Positions 13,291 to 27,129 are shown, counted from the first letter of the stretch. The stretch is 64,000 nt of DNA from Octopus vulgaris (GCA_951406725.2 OX597816.1:44578001-44642000); one strand, 5' to 3'. Notes: generated by a model from the letters alone, not told the origin. Made by a program: numbers and translations.

Positions 13291-13751
13291 TGTCTGTGTA
13301 TGTGTTTGTCCACCCCCACCACTCGACAACCTGTGTTGATGTGTTTACGTTCCCGTGAAGAGACCGTTAGAATAAGGTTCAGGCTTTAAAATAATAAGCA
13401 CTGGGGTGGATTTGTTTGACTAAAACCCTGCAAGTTTGTACCCCAGCATGGCCGCAGTGAAGTGACTCAGAAGAAGTTAAACATAAAAAGATTAAAAATA
13501 AAATACAGGTTTATTAAATAACATGTAACCTTTATTTATTTTATTCATCTCTTTCTCTAGAGAATGCATCAGAGTTACCAAATGGCAAGTAAAAGCAGTT
13601 CTATGTGTGCTTGTGTGTGAGAGAGAGATCATCAAGAATTAAGCATCCTCCAAAGATGTCATGCCATTAGCAGAAATGACTGTTCCTTTAGCTATCTGGG
13701 GTCAAAAAGTCTCTCAAGAAGTAATAGGGGTCAAAGGCATGACAATCTTTG

Positions 13752-13948
13752 TGTGGCTGTGTGGTAAGTAGCTTGCTTACGAACCACATGGTTCCGGGTT
13801 CAGTTCCACTGCGTGGCACCTTGGGCAAGTAATTGTCTTCTACTATAGCCTCGGGCTGACCAAAGACTTGTGAGTGGATTTTGTAGACGGAAGCTGACCA
13901 AAGACTTGTGAGTGGATTTTGTAGACGGAAACTGAAAGAAGCCTGTCG

Positions 13949-13989
<41 letters not shown>

Positions 13990-14207
13990 GTATATGTGTG
14001 TGTGTGTATACGTTTGTGTGTCTGTGTTTGTCCCCCCAACATCGCTTGACAACCGATGCTTATGTGTTTACGTCCCCGTAACCTAGCGGTTCGGCGAAAG
14101 TGACCGATAGAATAAGTACTAGGCTTTGCTCGACTTTGCTCGACTGAAGGCGGTGCTCCAGCATGGACACAGTCAAGTGACTGAAACAAGTAAAAGAGTA
14201 AAAGAGT
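13752..14207 (+). mobile_element. SINE family 2 with an internal tandem duplication
   Basis: Typical head and tail. GCTGACCAAAGACTTGTGAGTGGATTTTGTAGACGGAA is duplicated at about 13855-13930. Confidence 0.85.
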
Positions 14208-15223
14208 AACGAGCCATGGGATTAAACAGATGCAACAAAAAAATAGAAAACATTTACAGCCTACATAATTTGAAAAAAATTTACAAAAATGAGCTACGGC
14301 AATAAACTCAGAGTAGCCAGTGGCATGTATTTCAACAACATAGACACATATAGATGTATTAAATACCGAATTGTTGAGTGTTGAAATTATCTCCCTTTTT
14401 CATCTGAAAGCTGTCATAATTGACATTTGGTAATATTCACAATTCTTCTGGAGGCAGAGATAATTTTAATAAATCAAGAATTTATGCTGCTTCATATTTT
14501 ATATACCTGTATTTGTCTATAAGATAGCTAAAACAGACTATGAGGCGAGAAGAGAGTAGTTATTGGAAAAGCTTAATAAATACATTGATATCCCGATTTA
14601 CAAGTCACAGAGACAAATAGATACATGTATGAGGAATACTTTCCCACGATAACATTCACGTATTAACATAAGTATACGTACACACTGCCAGATATCAACA
14701 TACATAATACCGCCCATAACCACGTACAAAAGCAATGCAACTCACAGACTACTTACAATATAAGTAATGTATAATAAATTTATATGGCCCAGTATAAGTA
14801 ATATATAATAACCAAGTAATTTGATAAAATATGTAAAGGATACATAAGAGATATAACAATAACCAGGTGACTCAACCAGAGCAACACTTAATCGATACGA
14901 AGACATTTTTCATATATCTGGCAAGATTACATACGCTATTTTCTAAGCACAAATACTGCAACAGTACGCTAATATCATAATGATACGAGATATAATGCAT
15001 CAGAGTCAGATAATATAAGTAGCAGTAAATAAGCACGTAATGATGTTGATATCAATCGTAACGGCGGACATTTCTTCTACATGCGTATCTAATCAGGGAC
15101 ACCCTTGAAATATAACAGAATTTAAACATTTTACGTTAGGTTATAGATGTATATACATATACATACATATATGTAAAAATAATGGACAAACTTAGTCGAT
15201 ATATATGTGTGTATGTATGTATA

Positions 15224-15295
<72 letters not shown>

Positions 15296-15308
15296 ATACA
15301 TATATTCT

Positions 15309-15850
15309 GCAGGAGATGGCTTTATGGTAAGTAACTTGCTTACGAACTACATGGCTCTGGGTTCAATCCCACTGCGTGGAAACTTGGGCAAATGTCTTCT
15401 ACTATAGCCTCGGGCCGACCAAAGCCTTGTTAGTGGATTTAGTAGACGGAAAGTGAAAGACGCCAGTCGTATATGTGTGTGTGTGTGCGTGTGTATGTGT
15501 GTTTGTCCCCATCATCGCTTGACAGCCGATATTGGTGTGTTTACATCCCCAAAACTTTGCAGTTTGGTAGAAGTGTCCTATAGAACAGGACTGGGGTCGA
15601 TTTGTTCGACTAAAGGCGGTGCTCCAGCATGGCCGCAGTCAAATGACTGAAACAAATAAAAGAATAAAAGAATGTATATATAAGGCATAGATGAGGCGGT
15701 GTGGTAAGAAGCTTAATTCCTAACCACATCGTTCCGAGTTCAGTCCCACTACGTGGGACTTGGGGTAAGTGTCTTCTACTATAGCCTCGGCCCGATCAAA
15801 ACCTTGTGAATGGATTTGGTTGGCGGAAAACTGAAAGAAACTTGCCGTAT
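15309..15850 (+). mobile_element. Two head-to-tail SINE family 2 copies; the second is truncated at its microsatellite
   Basis: Heads at about 15309 and 15684 with GGTTCAATCCCACTGCGTGG and GAGTTCAGTCCCACTACGTGG. Confidence 0.8.
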
Positions 15851-15864
15851 AAATATATATATAT

Positions 15865-16118
15865 CTTGGTAAAAACGGTAAGATTATAAGAGAAAGAGAC
15901 CTCAATATTATGTAAATAGAGGAATTTATCTGTAAATGTAATATATGACAATTATTCGGTAGCCAAGATAAAACTCTGAATTTCGGATTCTGAGGAGGAA
16001 ATCCACACCACCATCTCGTCAGTTATCCGACCATCCTGAAGAGATGGTGGTGTGGATTTCCACCTGGACATCCGAAACTCAGAGTTTTATCTTGGCTACC
16101 GAATAATTGTCAGATGTT
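15865..16118. mobile_element. Penelope-like inverted-repeat element with hammerhead ribozyme modules, flanked by (TA)n
   Basis: Inverted arms at 15946-16017 and 16041-16112. Minus strand 15966-16028 reads GGAUAA-CUGACGA-GAU...AUCC-GAAAUU(CAG)AGUU-UUAUCU, a complete type I hammerhead layout. Confidence 0.7.
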
Positions 16119-16187
16119 ATATATATATATATATACGCACACACAATCACACACACACATGCACACACACACGCACGCACACGCACG

Positions 16188-16237
<50 letters not shown>

Positions 16238-16360
16238 GTTGAAATTTACAGAAAAACAAAAGACCAAGATGGGTGAATGAACAACAAGCAGGTGTATTAG
16301 TTTGACGCTCGGGAAAGTGAGACAGTTTTTTATGTTTTGAGCCTACGCTCTTCAACAGAT
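16238..16360 (-). mobile_element. Degraded relative of the 13093-13290 hammerhead element
   Basis: Minus strand CTGTTGAAGAGCGTAGGCTCAAAACA...TTCCCGAGCG...CTAATAC. It abuts a (TA)n tract. Confidence 0.55.
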
Positions 16361-16365
16361 GGGAA

Positions 16366-16657
16366 CGATGCCCCATCCATCATATTTGCCAGACATTGCC
16401 TCCAGCTGATCATCATTTATTCAGCAGTCTTAAAAATCATTAGGACGTAAAGAATATGAATTCTATAGACATGGTCAGAACAGTACTGAAGTAGTATTTT
16501 GCATCAGGGCCAAGTGAATTTTACCAGATAGATAGAAGAGCATTGTAGGAAAATGACGGAGAGTATATTTTAGGTGAAAAAAGAATTTTTTTTATCACAA
16601 TTTTGAAAAATAAAAGAAGTATTACGAAACCGCCTTATTTATGGGATGACCTAATAG
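16366..16657 (+). mobile_element. Mariner transposon 3' fragment (transposase C-terminus plus TIR)
   Basis: Translates with breaks to HPSYLPDIA..DHHLFSSLKNH*...YFASGPSEFY...ENDGEYI, matching the mariner HPPYSPDLAPSDYHLF motif. Ends AACCGCCTTATTTATGGGATGACCTAATA, a mariner-like TIR plus TA. Confidence 0.85.
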
Positions 16658-16996
16658 TAAAAGGCAAAAAATTCATCTGCTCGTGATGAAGAGAAAGCAG
16701 ATTCTCTGAGATAAATCTTGCATCAAAGTACTCCCAGACATCTTGCAATTTTTGTCATTAGAAGTTACCGTGGCAACCAAGAGAGTGGTAAAGTGTGGTA
16801 CAATCTTTTGACAATGACGTACTATCATTTCGCATGTGACACGGATATCGTCTGACGAGACGGAGTAGTCATTATCATGTACACAGGGATACACACACAG
16901 ATACACACACGCACACACACACACAATCACACTCACACAAACACACGCACACACACACACACACACACGCATACATTAACACAGGGATGTGCTTAC

Positions 16997-17090
16997 CTAT
17001 GTTTGTGCTTTATCACGTCTGGAGTGTATTGGCGCGTGTCTCTGTATTTCTGCGCGTGTCTTTATGAGTATTACATCATTTAATAGAGCT
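16997..17090 (-). CDS. Candidate 94-nt exon (ALLNDVILIKTRAEIQRHAPIHSRRDKAQT*), gene unknown
   Basis: Minus-strand acceptor GCTAAT...GTTGTTTCTTAAATAACAG| and a strong donor TAG|GTAAGC. Only one frame is open, and it ends in TAG at the exon end. No homology recognised. Confidence 0.3.
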
Positions 17091-17857
17091 CTGTTATTTA
17101 AGAAACAACGTATTAGCAAAATACCTCGCACGGCATTATACGACTATACATGTATTTCCGCATTTGGAAATGGATCATACTTTCTTTACAGTTTAATCAT
17201 TTCCTTTGAAACTGAACAATTTCCTTTTCTCAGGGTTCGTTATGAGAGTTGCTTGTTTTTATGCTTATTCAAAATGCTTCAATATCTTTATTTCTGATCT
17301 CTTTTGTTTTGTTTTTTTTTGTTTTATAGCTTCGATGTTGTTAGTATTCTTGTTGTTAATATTTTACATTTGTGTACTTCTCATTGTGAAATCATATTTT
17401 ATAACTGTTGTTCGCATGTGTTTTTATACTGTATTCAGTTTAATACCTTCGTTTACGGAAGTAAATACAGCACAATGCATTTGTATCAATCAGAATGAAG
17501 AAAACGAAACTAAAAGATTATAATATCAACATGCATTAAGGATTTATACTTCGGTTCTTCTAAAATGAAGTCACACTACTATCTTTCTATCTCTCTTTTT
17601 TTTTCTTTCTCTCTGCTTGACTTTCTTCCTTTTATATATTCTTTTATATATTCTCGTTATATATCCTCTCTCTTTCACTATAACTCTCCTGCATTCTTCA
17701 CTTATTTCTTCACTTGCAGACTCTTCGCATTGCTTTTTCTCTCTTTATTTCATTTTTGCCTTTTATTTTGTTTCTTCACTATCAAATAGGTGTCATACTA
17801 TGGAAACAACATTGAAAATTGTGACGATGATCGTTGCTACAACTCATGTTACCAACT

Positions 17858-18270
17858 ACTCTTTTACTCTTTTACTTGTTTCAGTCATTTGACTGCGGCC
17901 ATGCTGGAGCACCGCCTTTAGTCGAGCAACTCGACTCCGGGACTTATTCTTTGTAAGTCCAGTACTTATTCTATCGGTCTCTTTTACCGAACCGCTAAAT
18001 TACGGGGACGTAAACACACCAGCATCGGTTGTCAAGCAATGCTAGGGGGACAAACACAGACACACAAACATACACACACATACATATATATATATATACA
18101 CATATATACGACGGGCTTCTTTCAGTTTCCGTCTACTAAATCCACTCACAAGGCATTGGTCGGCCAGAGCCTATAGTAGAAGAGACTTGCCCAAGGTGCC
18201 ACGCAGTGGGACTGAACCCGGAACCATGTGGTTGGTAAGCAAGCTACCTACCACACAGCCACTCCTGCGC
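17858..18270 (-). mobile_element. SINE family 2, full length
   Basis: Reverse complement of the complete head, microsatellite and GTAAAAGA tail. Confidence 0.9.
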
Positions 18271-18395
18271 TATATGGTAAATTCTACTTCAAATCTGTTG
18301 ATGATTTCATTGTTAATGACACTGAGGCTAGTGCTGTTGTTGTTATTATTGTTGTTGTTAAGCAACAAGAAGGGTAAGGGTGATTAGGTGATGGT

Positions 18396-18574
18396 CTAGG
18401 GCTTAGAGGCGGGAGACCCCGACACCACTGGGAGGTGGCCCTCGAAGTCGCTGGAAATGGAGATCTCCAGGTCCAAGTCCTTGAACGGCTGTTGCTGGTG
18501 CTGGCGTTTGTGGAAAAGATGGGATTTAGGATAATAGTATTCCTGATGGTACCGAGCCTTCCTACTAACATTGG
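18396..18574 (-). CDS. Candidate terminal coding exon of an unidentified gene (xNVSRKARYHQEYYYPKSHLFHKRQHQQQPFKDLDLEISISSDFEGHLPVVSGSPASKP*)
   Basis: Non-repetitive GC-rich island with strong third-position G/C bias (TTC AAG GAC TTG GAC CTG GAG ATC TCC ATT TCC AGC GAC TTC GAG GGC CAC CTC). Phase-1 acceptor CATTTTACCAG| and TAG stop at 18396-18398. Protein family not recognised. Confidence 0.5.
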
Positions 18575-18661
18575 CTGGTAAAATGCTATACGCAGGTATG
18601 TATATATTTGAATATACATGTTTCATACATACCTACATACATACATACATACATACATACA

Positions 18662-18692
<31 letters not shown>

Positions 18693-18693
<1 letters not shown>

Positions 18694-19098
18694 GGCGTAG
18701 GAGTGGCTGTGTGGTAAGTAGCTTGCTTACCAACCACATGGTTCCGGGTTCAGTCCCACTGTGTAGCACCTTGGGCAAGTGTTTTCTTCTATAGCCTCGG
18801 GCCGACCAAAGCCTTGTGAGTGAATTTGGTAGGCGGAAACTGAAAGAAGCCCATCGTATAAATGTATATGTATATATATGTGTGTGTGTGTGTGTTTGTG
18901 TGTCTCTGTTTGTTCCTCCCCCACCCCACAAAACATCGCTTGACAACCGATACTGGTGTGCTTACGTCCCCATAACTTAGCGGTTCAGCAAAAGCGGCCG
19001 ATAGAATAAGTACTAGGCTTACAAAGGATAAGTCCTGGGGTCGATTTGCTCAACTAAAGGCGGTGCTCCAGTATACCTGCAGTCAAATGACTGAAACA
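18693..19098 (+). mobile_element. SINE family 2, full length, within an (ACAT)n tract
   Basis: GGCGTAGGAGTGGCTGTGTGGTAAG...AACAAGTAAAA. (ACAT)n lies on both sides. Confidence 0.9.
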
Positions 19099-20867
19099 AG
19101 TAAAAAGACTAAAAAGAGTATACATACATACATACATACATACATACATACATACACACGCGTGCCCGCACATATATGCGTGTTTATGTATGTATGATTG
19201 TATTGGTAGTTAGGGTCAATCCCGTTTTATGAATTTCTAATTAGAATTTCTTTACATGTCTAACATGCACATCTTTGTAATTCCTATTAGCAAATGAAAC
19301 ACGTTTAATGGTGAATAAATAATGATATGAAAATGTTTTCAATGTCATTCAACATATCTCTTTGTATCTCCTCGAATAAATCTCTAAAATTGTTTCTGTT
19401 ATTAGCAATCTGACGGAATCATTAAATCATCAGATTTATCTCTTTACCTTCAGATTTTGAGTTAAAATACCACTTACGGTTAGTGGACTTTTCAGACGTC
19501 CACAAAGGATAAAAGAAAGTGCCACTCATGTGCTGTCGTCGTTGGTATCGATTAAAGCCACACACCTCAAAATCGCTGGTTTTGTACCTAAATCATAAAC
19601 ATTCATTTTAAAAAACTATTCTGTTTTACTTCCAAGACGATCAATTAACAAAATCCTTTTTTTTGTTTTCGAAGTATTTCTTTTAGTATTTATTCCAACA
19701 AACGACCCTCTGACTTCAAATACTGCCGAAGTCTTTCGTCTTTCCGCTGAAAAATTACTAGTAGTGGAGTCGATTCTTCTCCCTCGTACTTGATTAAATC
19801 TGCAATTCAATTCCAGTTTTCTAAATTGCGTCACACCGTTACGGCCTGCCGATTGTGTCAAAAGAACACATACTTTTCGAATAGTCAGCCGCTTACACAT
19901 TAAATTCACCAGTGGTAATTCATTTTGTTAAACAACTAGATGATTGCTCATCGTCGAGGAAGACGAAGACTACACCAACACTTTTTATCATTACAATATA
20001 ATTGGCCAGTCAATTAGACCTAACGAAAGAGCCTATACTACTAATATCCAATACATTCAAGTGTCCTGTATAGGTAAGATATTTTTGGCCGAGATATAAG
20101 TCCAAGAATCAAATTATAAAGTTCCTGTAAATTATTATCTACATGATTTTCCACTAATGACAAACGTAGCGAAGTGTTCTAGATTGGTCTGAGTGTTGTC
20201 ACAAGAAATTAGTTGATGAATCAAATTATGAGTTATCTCTTAAGATTTTAATGTGTATGATTGACATTTTCTATATTAGTCATTAGTGGAATGGTTTGTC
20301 CTAGCTTTAAGTAGTTGACTAATTATTTTGTAGATATAGCAAACTTAAAATAGCGGAAAGAAATTATAGTTTCTAGTTTAAGAAAATGGAGATTCAGATG
20401 GTCTGCAGTATGATAGTTGTTGCAGTTACACCGTAAGTGATTGAGGCCTGAATCGAATTATCATTCATGGTGGAATTTAGTTGCTTCTTTCTCATTCTCA
20501 AATATCAAAATCGAGTCGTTTCGCATCACATGACACAGAAAATAAGATGTCAAAAGCAAGTTTTCTTTTGTCTTTTTCGTCATTTAATATCAAGTCTTAG
20601 AAGTGGAAATGCCCAGGAGGTTTTTGGTCGAAACAAACAGCTGTGTTTGTGTGAGTGTGTGGAGGCTGGGGATTAGGTGGCAAAAACAGGTCAATAATTT
20701 TTGACAATAGTGAAAAATACATTTTTATATATTTATTTATTTATTTATTTATTTATTTATTTTGTTAGCCTGATTACCTTTTGGTGTCCTTGGTTATGAT
20801 CGGAAATATCAACCTATAAGAACTAAGATTTCTCAGGCAAAGCAAAGGACCGGTTAAATTACATTGT

Positions 20868-21030
20868 ACAGGCGTGACTGTGTGGTAAGAAGCTTGCTTC
20901 ACAACCACATGGTTCCAGATTCAGCCCCACTGCGTAGCACCTCGGGCAAGTGTCTTTTGCTATAGTTTCGGGCCGACCAAATACTTGTAAATGGATTTGG
21001 TAGACGGAAACTGAAAGAAGCCCATCACAA
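20868..21030 (+). mobile_element. SINE family 2, 5' half
   Basis: CAGGCGTGACTGTGTGGTAAG...GGAAACTGAAAGAAGCCC. Confidence 0.8.
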
Positions 21031-21379
21031 ATATATACATATTTGCGTATGCGTGTATGTATGTGCGTGTGTGTATGTGCGTGTGTATATGTGCGTGTGT
21101 GTGTGTGTGACAGAGAGAGAGAGTGTGTTTGTGTGTGTGTGTGAATGAGTGCTTATTTTTGTGTTCTAAAGAAGGGTTTCTTTTCAAAAGTTCAAAAAGC
21201 ATAAAAGGTGTATAAACATAAATGTATGCGTGTGTATGTGTGCGTATATGTGTGTGCGAACGTGCACGTGTGTGCGTGTGCACGCGCATGTACGTCTTTA
21301 CATACAGACATAGAAGCATCGGTATACACAGACATATATGCAAGCACTTGCACGCACGTGTTTAAACACAGAAACAAGA

Positions 21380-22870
<1,491 letters not shown>

Positions 22871-24099
22871 TACACATACACACAACCGTTTTTCACACAA
22901 TTTCTGTTCACAGATTTCACTCAAAAGGCAGTGATGGACTCAAGTTTAGAGAAGACACTTGTCCAATGTACAACAGTGAGGTACTGAACCGGAAACTTGG
23001 ATTGAAAGAAATCTATATGAAAGCTCATATATGGCAACCACCTAGAATTCAATAATACAGCATTGCATCATATTGTCTATCACGCTGATTCTGTCTGCAA
23101 ATAAGTTAAAGGTATCTGTGTTTCCCAGTTGCTTCGCTGTTGGCACATGAATTCAGGAATTCTGGAACACGCTATTTAGTTAATCACGTTACTGAATCCG
23201 TCTCTCCAAAGGACAGAGATCCACCGCACCGCCACCAGAGTAGAGTTGGTAAAATATATTTCTGTAGTTAAACAGTAAAAATAAGAAATTTTCTTTCAAA
23301 ACTTTTAAAGACAGTTATGGCTAATCTTATAACAAAGGTAAACCGCATTTTGTTTTGTAATATCCGTAAATATTATCCGATATTAGCGCTACAGAATTGA
23401 AGGATTAGTTATGTGGTGAGTAATCGAATTATGTTCATTCTTGCAATAACATTTTTAATGCGCAATTCATTAAGGTTTTAAGCTTAAAAATAAAAAGATA
23501 TTTAACTTGAGAAAATTTATATATTTGGAACGGTAAAATAGCGGCAAAAGATATGTAAATTGTCGGGCAAAGACACATAAGAAACACAGAATATGTGTCA
23601 ATCAACAGTCGTAATGGGGATTCAAAACGTATTTGCTAAGATGCCAAAATATTATAACGCTAGAAATGTTCACTATTTAATAATATATAAGGAGATCGTG
23701 AATGTAACAACTTACACCAATTACATCTCATCTATTCTATGTCAGCAGTGAAATTTCTCCCTCAAAGGAACTGTTTATTTATAATTGTTTTTATCTAAGC
23801 TGACTGACTGGAGAGACTGATAGAAAAGTTGCGTGCTACTAGTTAGAAATGGAGCGAATTAGTGTGAAATAAAATAGATTTTCTTTGCCGTTTTCTAATT
23901 TAGATATATTCTAGTTTGTCACTCATCTGTTTTGTCAAGTTACAAATATAAAAAATTCACTATATATTATATGTTATGTGTACATACATGTATGTATAGA
24001 TGCATATATGTAACCTACAAGTAAAACACACTGCATATATTTACTCACACATACAAGTCGTTTCGTGTAGACTATCTCGTGTCTTTATTCATTGTTGTT

Positions 24100-24350
24100 C
24101 AAGACCCACTTCTATTCTTTCTTTGGTTGTGCCTATCCCTTCCACTTGGGCCCGAATTGTTTGACTATGTCATCTTCCTACTGTCTTAGAAGTCTTCTGA
24201 GCAGTCTCTTTATCTCTTGGACACCACTTCCCAACTGCAAGGAGCCATCTCAAGTCTATAAACCTTACGACATGTCTTGCATCGCAAGACTTGTGTTTTC
24301 AGTATTCTGCAATCTTATCGTCCATCCTACTCCGTGCCACATTTTAATAT
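24100..24350 (-). mobile_element. Decayed RTE-clade LINE, ORF C-terminus
   Basis: Minus-strand translation with breaks: WCPRDK...RQ*EDDIVKQFGPKWKG*AQ..E*K. This matches the RTE W.PR..KR..GRP..RW.DDI....G..W...AQ.R..W terminal motif. Confidence 0.65.
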
Positions 24351-25129
24351 CAAGCAACGTTTTTCTTTTTCTAGTATGGATTTTTTCCATCGCCTGGCCG
24401 TTAGCTTAAGAGAACCAAAGCAAATGCAAGCCAGTAAGTCTATCAATGATGGTAAATAATTCTATAATGTTTATAGTGAGGAATAAGATGGAATTCAATA
24501 TTTGGGAATTGACAAAAGACTTGGCACTTGCAAACTTCATTGGAGCCTTCCTAAAGGAGAGTTCCTTTTTTGTTGTCTTGAACAAGTGCAAAATTTGCCG
24601 ACGACAGCGACGGAATGGCTTGCCAAAAGTAGTGTGATGTATCAAATACTGCATAAAATTACCAGAAAACTGAACGATTAATCTGCATTAACAGCCTATG
24701 CAAACTTCATTTCAGTTCTAGATAAATCACTCTTCAATTACGAACGTAATCATCTACATGCCAAGCCTACGTGGTTTCAGGTCTGCTCGTTCAAACTCAG
24801 AAATCGTGGAGCAAACCGACATTTTATATAAAATGATCTGGAACACCACTGGTGCACTGCATCCACCTCTGTCTACACTGAAGTAAACTATGGGTGCACT
24901 TTCTCCTTGAAGGAGTATGATGAAACTGGTCAACTCCAAATGGAGAGCATTACTTTGTCTACTTTTTATAACTCAACCTCTGCAACTCAAAACGAGTTGT
25001 AGAGTTAAATCAAAATGTAGAGAACTGTGTGAAGAAGCGAATTGGCATATAACTATCAAACTTCGAAGGAGCGTAAAACGAAGTATGTATGTAAAACAGT
25101 TGTCGAACGTTTTTGATTTTCCGATCGCA

Positions 25130-25640
25130 TGCAAATGCTTGCAGGCAGTTTTCTGGTTAACTTGAAGTTATTTTTCCAGCTCTCGAGTGGTTTTACGTGG
25201 ATCTTTCTCAATGACGATCTTTAATTGACCGTTATCTTTGATAGATGAGCGTCCACTACGCTCACGATCTTCAGGGTTCAGGCTTCCACTCCAAAGTCGT
25301 TTAAACCATTTTCGAGTTGACCACTCACTGGTCATTTTATTACCAAACCTTTCATTGATTTCGCCAGCAGTTTCAGCTACTTTACTCTTTTTGTTTTGTT
25401 TTTTTTGAAGTTCAATAGCAAAATTGCTCGAATATCGCGCTTTGACACCTGAATTTCAGATGATTGTAACAACAGTGAAAAAAAGTAACAATGTTAATTT
25501 ATTGATGCATTTGGGCAAGTTTATGTCTGTATTATCAGACAATTGCAAAAAAAGTTTCAAACAAATTCAAAACTCTGTAAAATTCCGGTACAAATTCTTC
25601 ATGGTTCAAAGCACAACTTACTTTTTACTCAGCGTGTTAC
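25130..25640 (-). mobile_element. Mariner transposon 5' fragment (TIR plus N-terminal HTH region)
   Basis: RDIRAILLLNF...AETAGEINERFG...RKWFKRLWSGSLNPEDRERSGRSSIKDNGQLKIVIEKDPRKTTRELE resembles Hsmar1-type transposase. TIR-like TAACACGCTGAGTAAAAAGTAAGTTG on the minus strand at about 25615-25640. Confidence 0.85.
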
Positions 25641-25890
25641 ATACATTTACATATATCTATATATACACACACACAAACACTAACATATGATGTTCGAATG
25701 CGATTATATATGTCAGTATGCATTCCATGTGGGTGTATATAATACATTATATCTAAGCAACGTATATTTAATATATTAAGAGCACAAACCAAAATATATA
25801 AAGTGGACTTAATGTCCTTTCTGTTCGTAAAACGATAGTCGCTAACGTTAATGTGTGTTTATATGTTTAATAGCTATGACTATATATACA

Positions 25891-25949
<59 letters not shown>

Positions 25950-25964
25950 ATCTATACATACATA

Positions 25965-26005
<41 letters not shown>

Positions 26006-26289
26006 AAATTGAATAAGATAATACTATCTGCAGGAGGTACGGAGAAATGAAGTTAATATGAATACGTTTAAGAGAAATTATTGAAATTTCTGATTAAATA
26101 ATTAGAAATTAATTACGTAAATGTTTGTTGACTACATAAATATATATTTTTAAAGAGATAAAATAAAATATAAACATTTTAAATGTTTGGTTAAAATCTA
26201 AATAATTGAATAAATAATTTGATATATAGATAATGAAGTTTTGAAATATTAAAGGAATAGACAAGTAATATCAATTAACAGATAATATA

Positions 26290-26325
<36 letters not shown>

Positions 26326-26355
26326 TGTATGTATGTATGTATGTATGTATGTATG

Positions 26356-26402
<47 letters not shown>

Positions 26403-26435
26403 GTATGTATGTATGTATGTATATATGTATGTATG

Positions 26436-26481
<46 letters not shown>

Positions 26482-27129
26482 TATATATATGTATGTGAGT
26501 ATGTATATATATATATATGAGATTAGTTGAATGGGATAGGGTAAGTATATAACTATGGATGTTATCAGGGTTACAATAGCGTGCATGGGATGATGTAACA
26601 AGATGTTCTAAAACTCATCTCAAAATATATATGATTAAGAGTATGGATTCGTAATAGAAATTATCACTTTATTTTTCCTTCTGCAACTTTAGATATTCTT
26701 AATTAACTTAATAACCTTTCCTTGTGCTATATAATATACGGTAATGTGAATCATTCTTAACAAGATGAAATGTATGGAACCAGCTCAAAGGTCATTACCT
26801 AAATAATAAATGAAGCAATAAATTAGTTTGAACAAGGCAGAGAATGGTTTAGAAGGAATTTAGTCTTTTACATTGACCTCAGTGTTCAACTGGTATTTAT
26901 TTTGACGAACCCGGTGGAATTTGAACTTGGAACATAAATACAGACAGAATACTGTGAAGTAATTTGTTGGGTGTGCTTACGCTTTTCCTGGCTAATGCCT
27001 TTTCAAGTGACAAAATAAGGATATGATTTAAGTTGTCAGCATGAGAAAACATTAGGCAGAGCAAGGAACTTCCTAACATTGCGAAGTTTGCTTTCTCTGC
27101 GCTTTTCATAAATAATATACATCATTTAG

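Noticed and set aside
19616-19909. 97-aa non-repetitive minus-strand ORF
   Set aside because: No recognisable domain, codon bias or splice signals.
24420-25000. Possible piggyBac-like remnant (VD...FK motif on the minus strand)
   Set aside because: The similarity needs several frameshifts and no TTAA/TIR was found; too weak to call.
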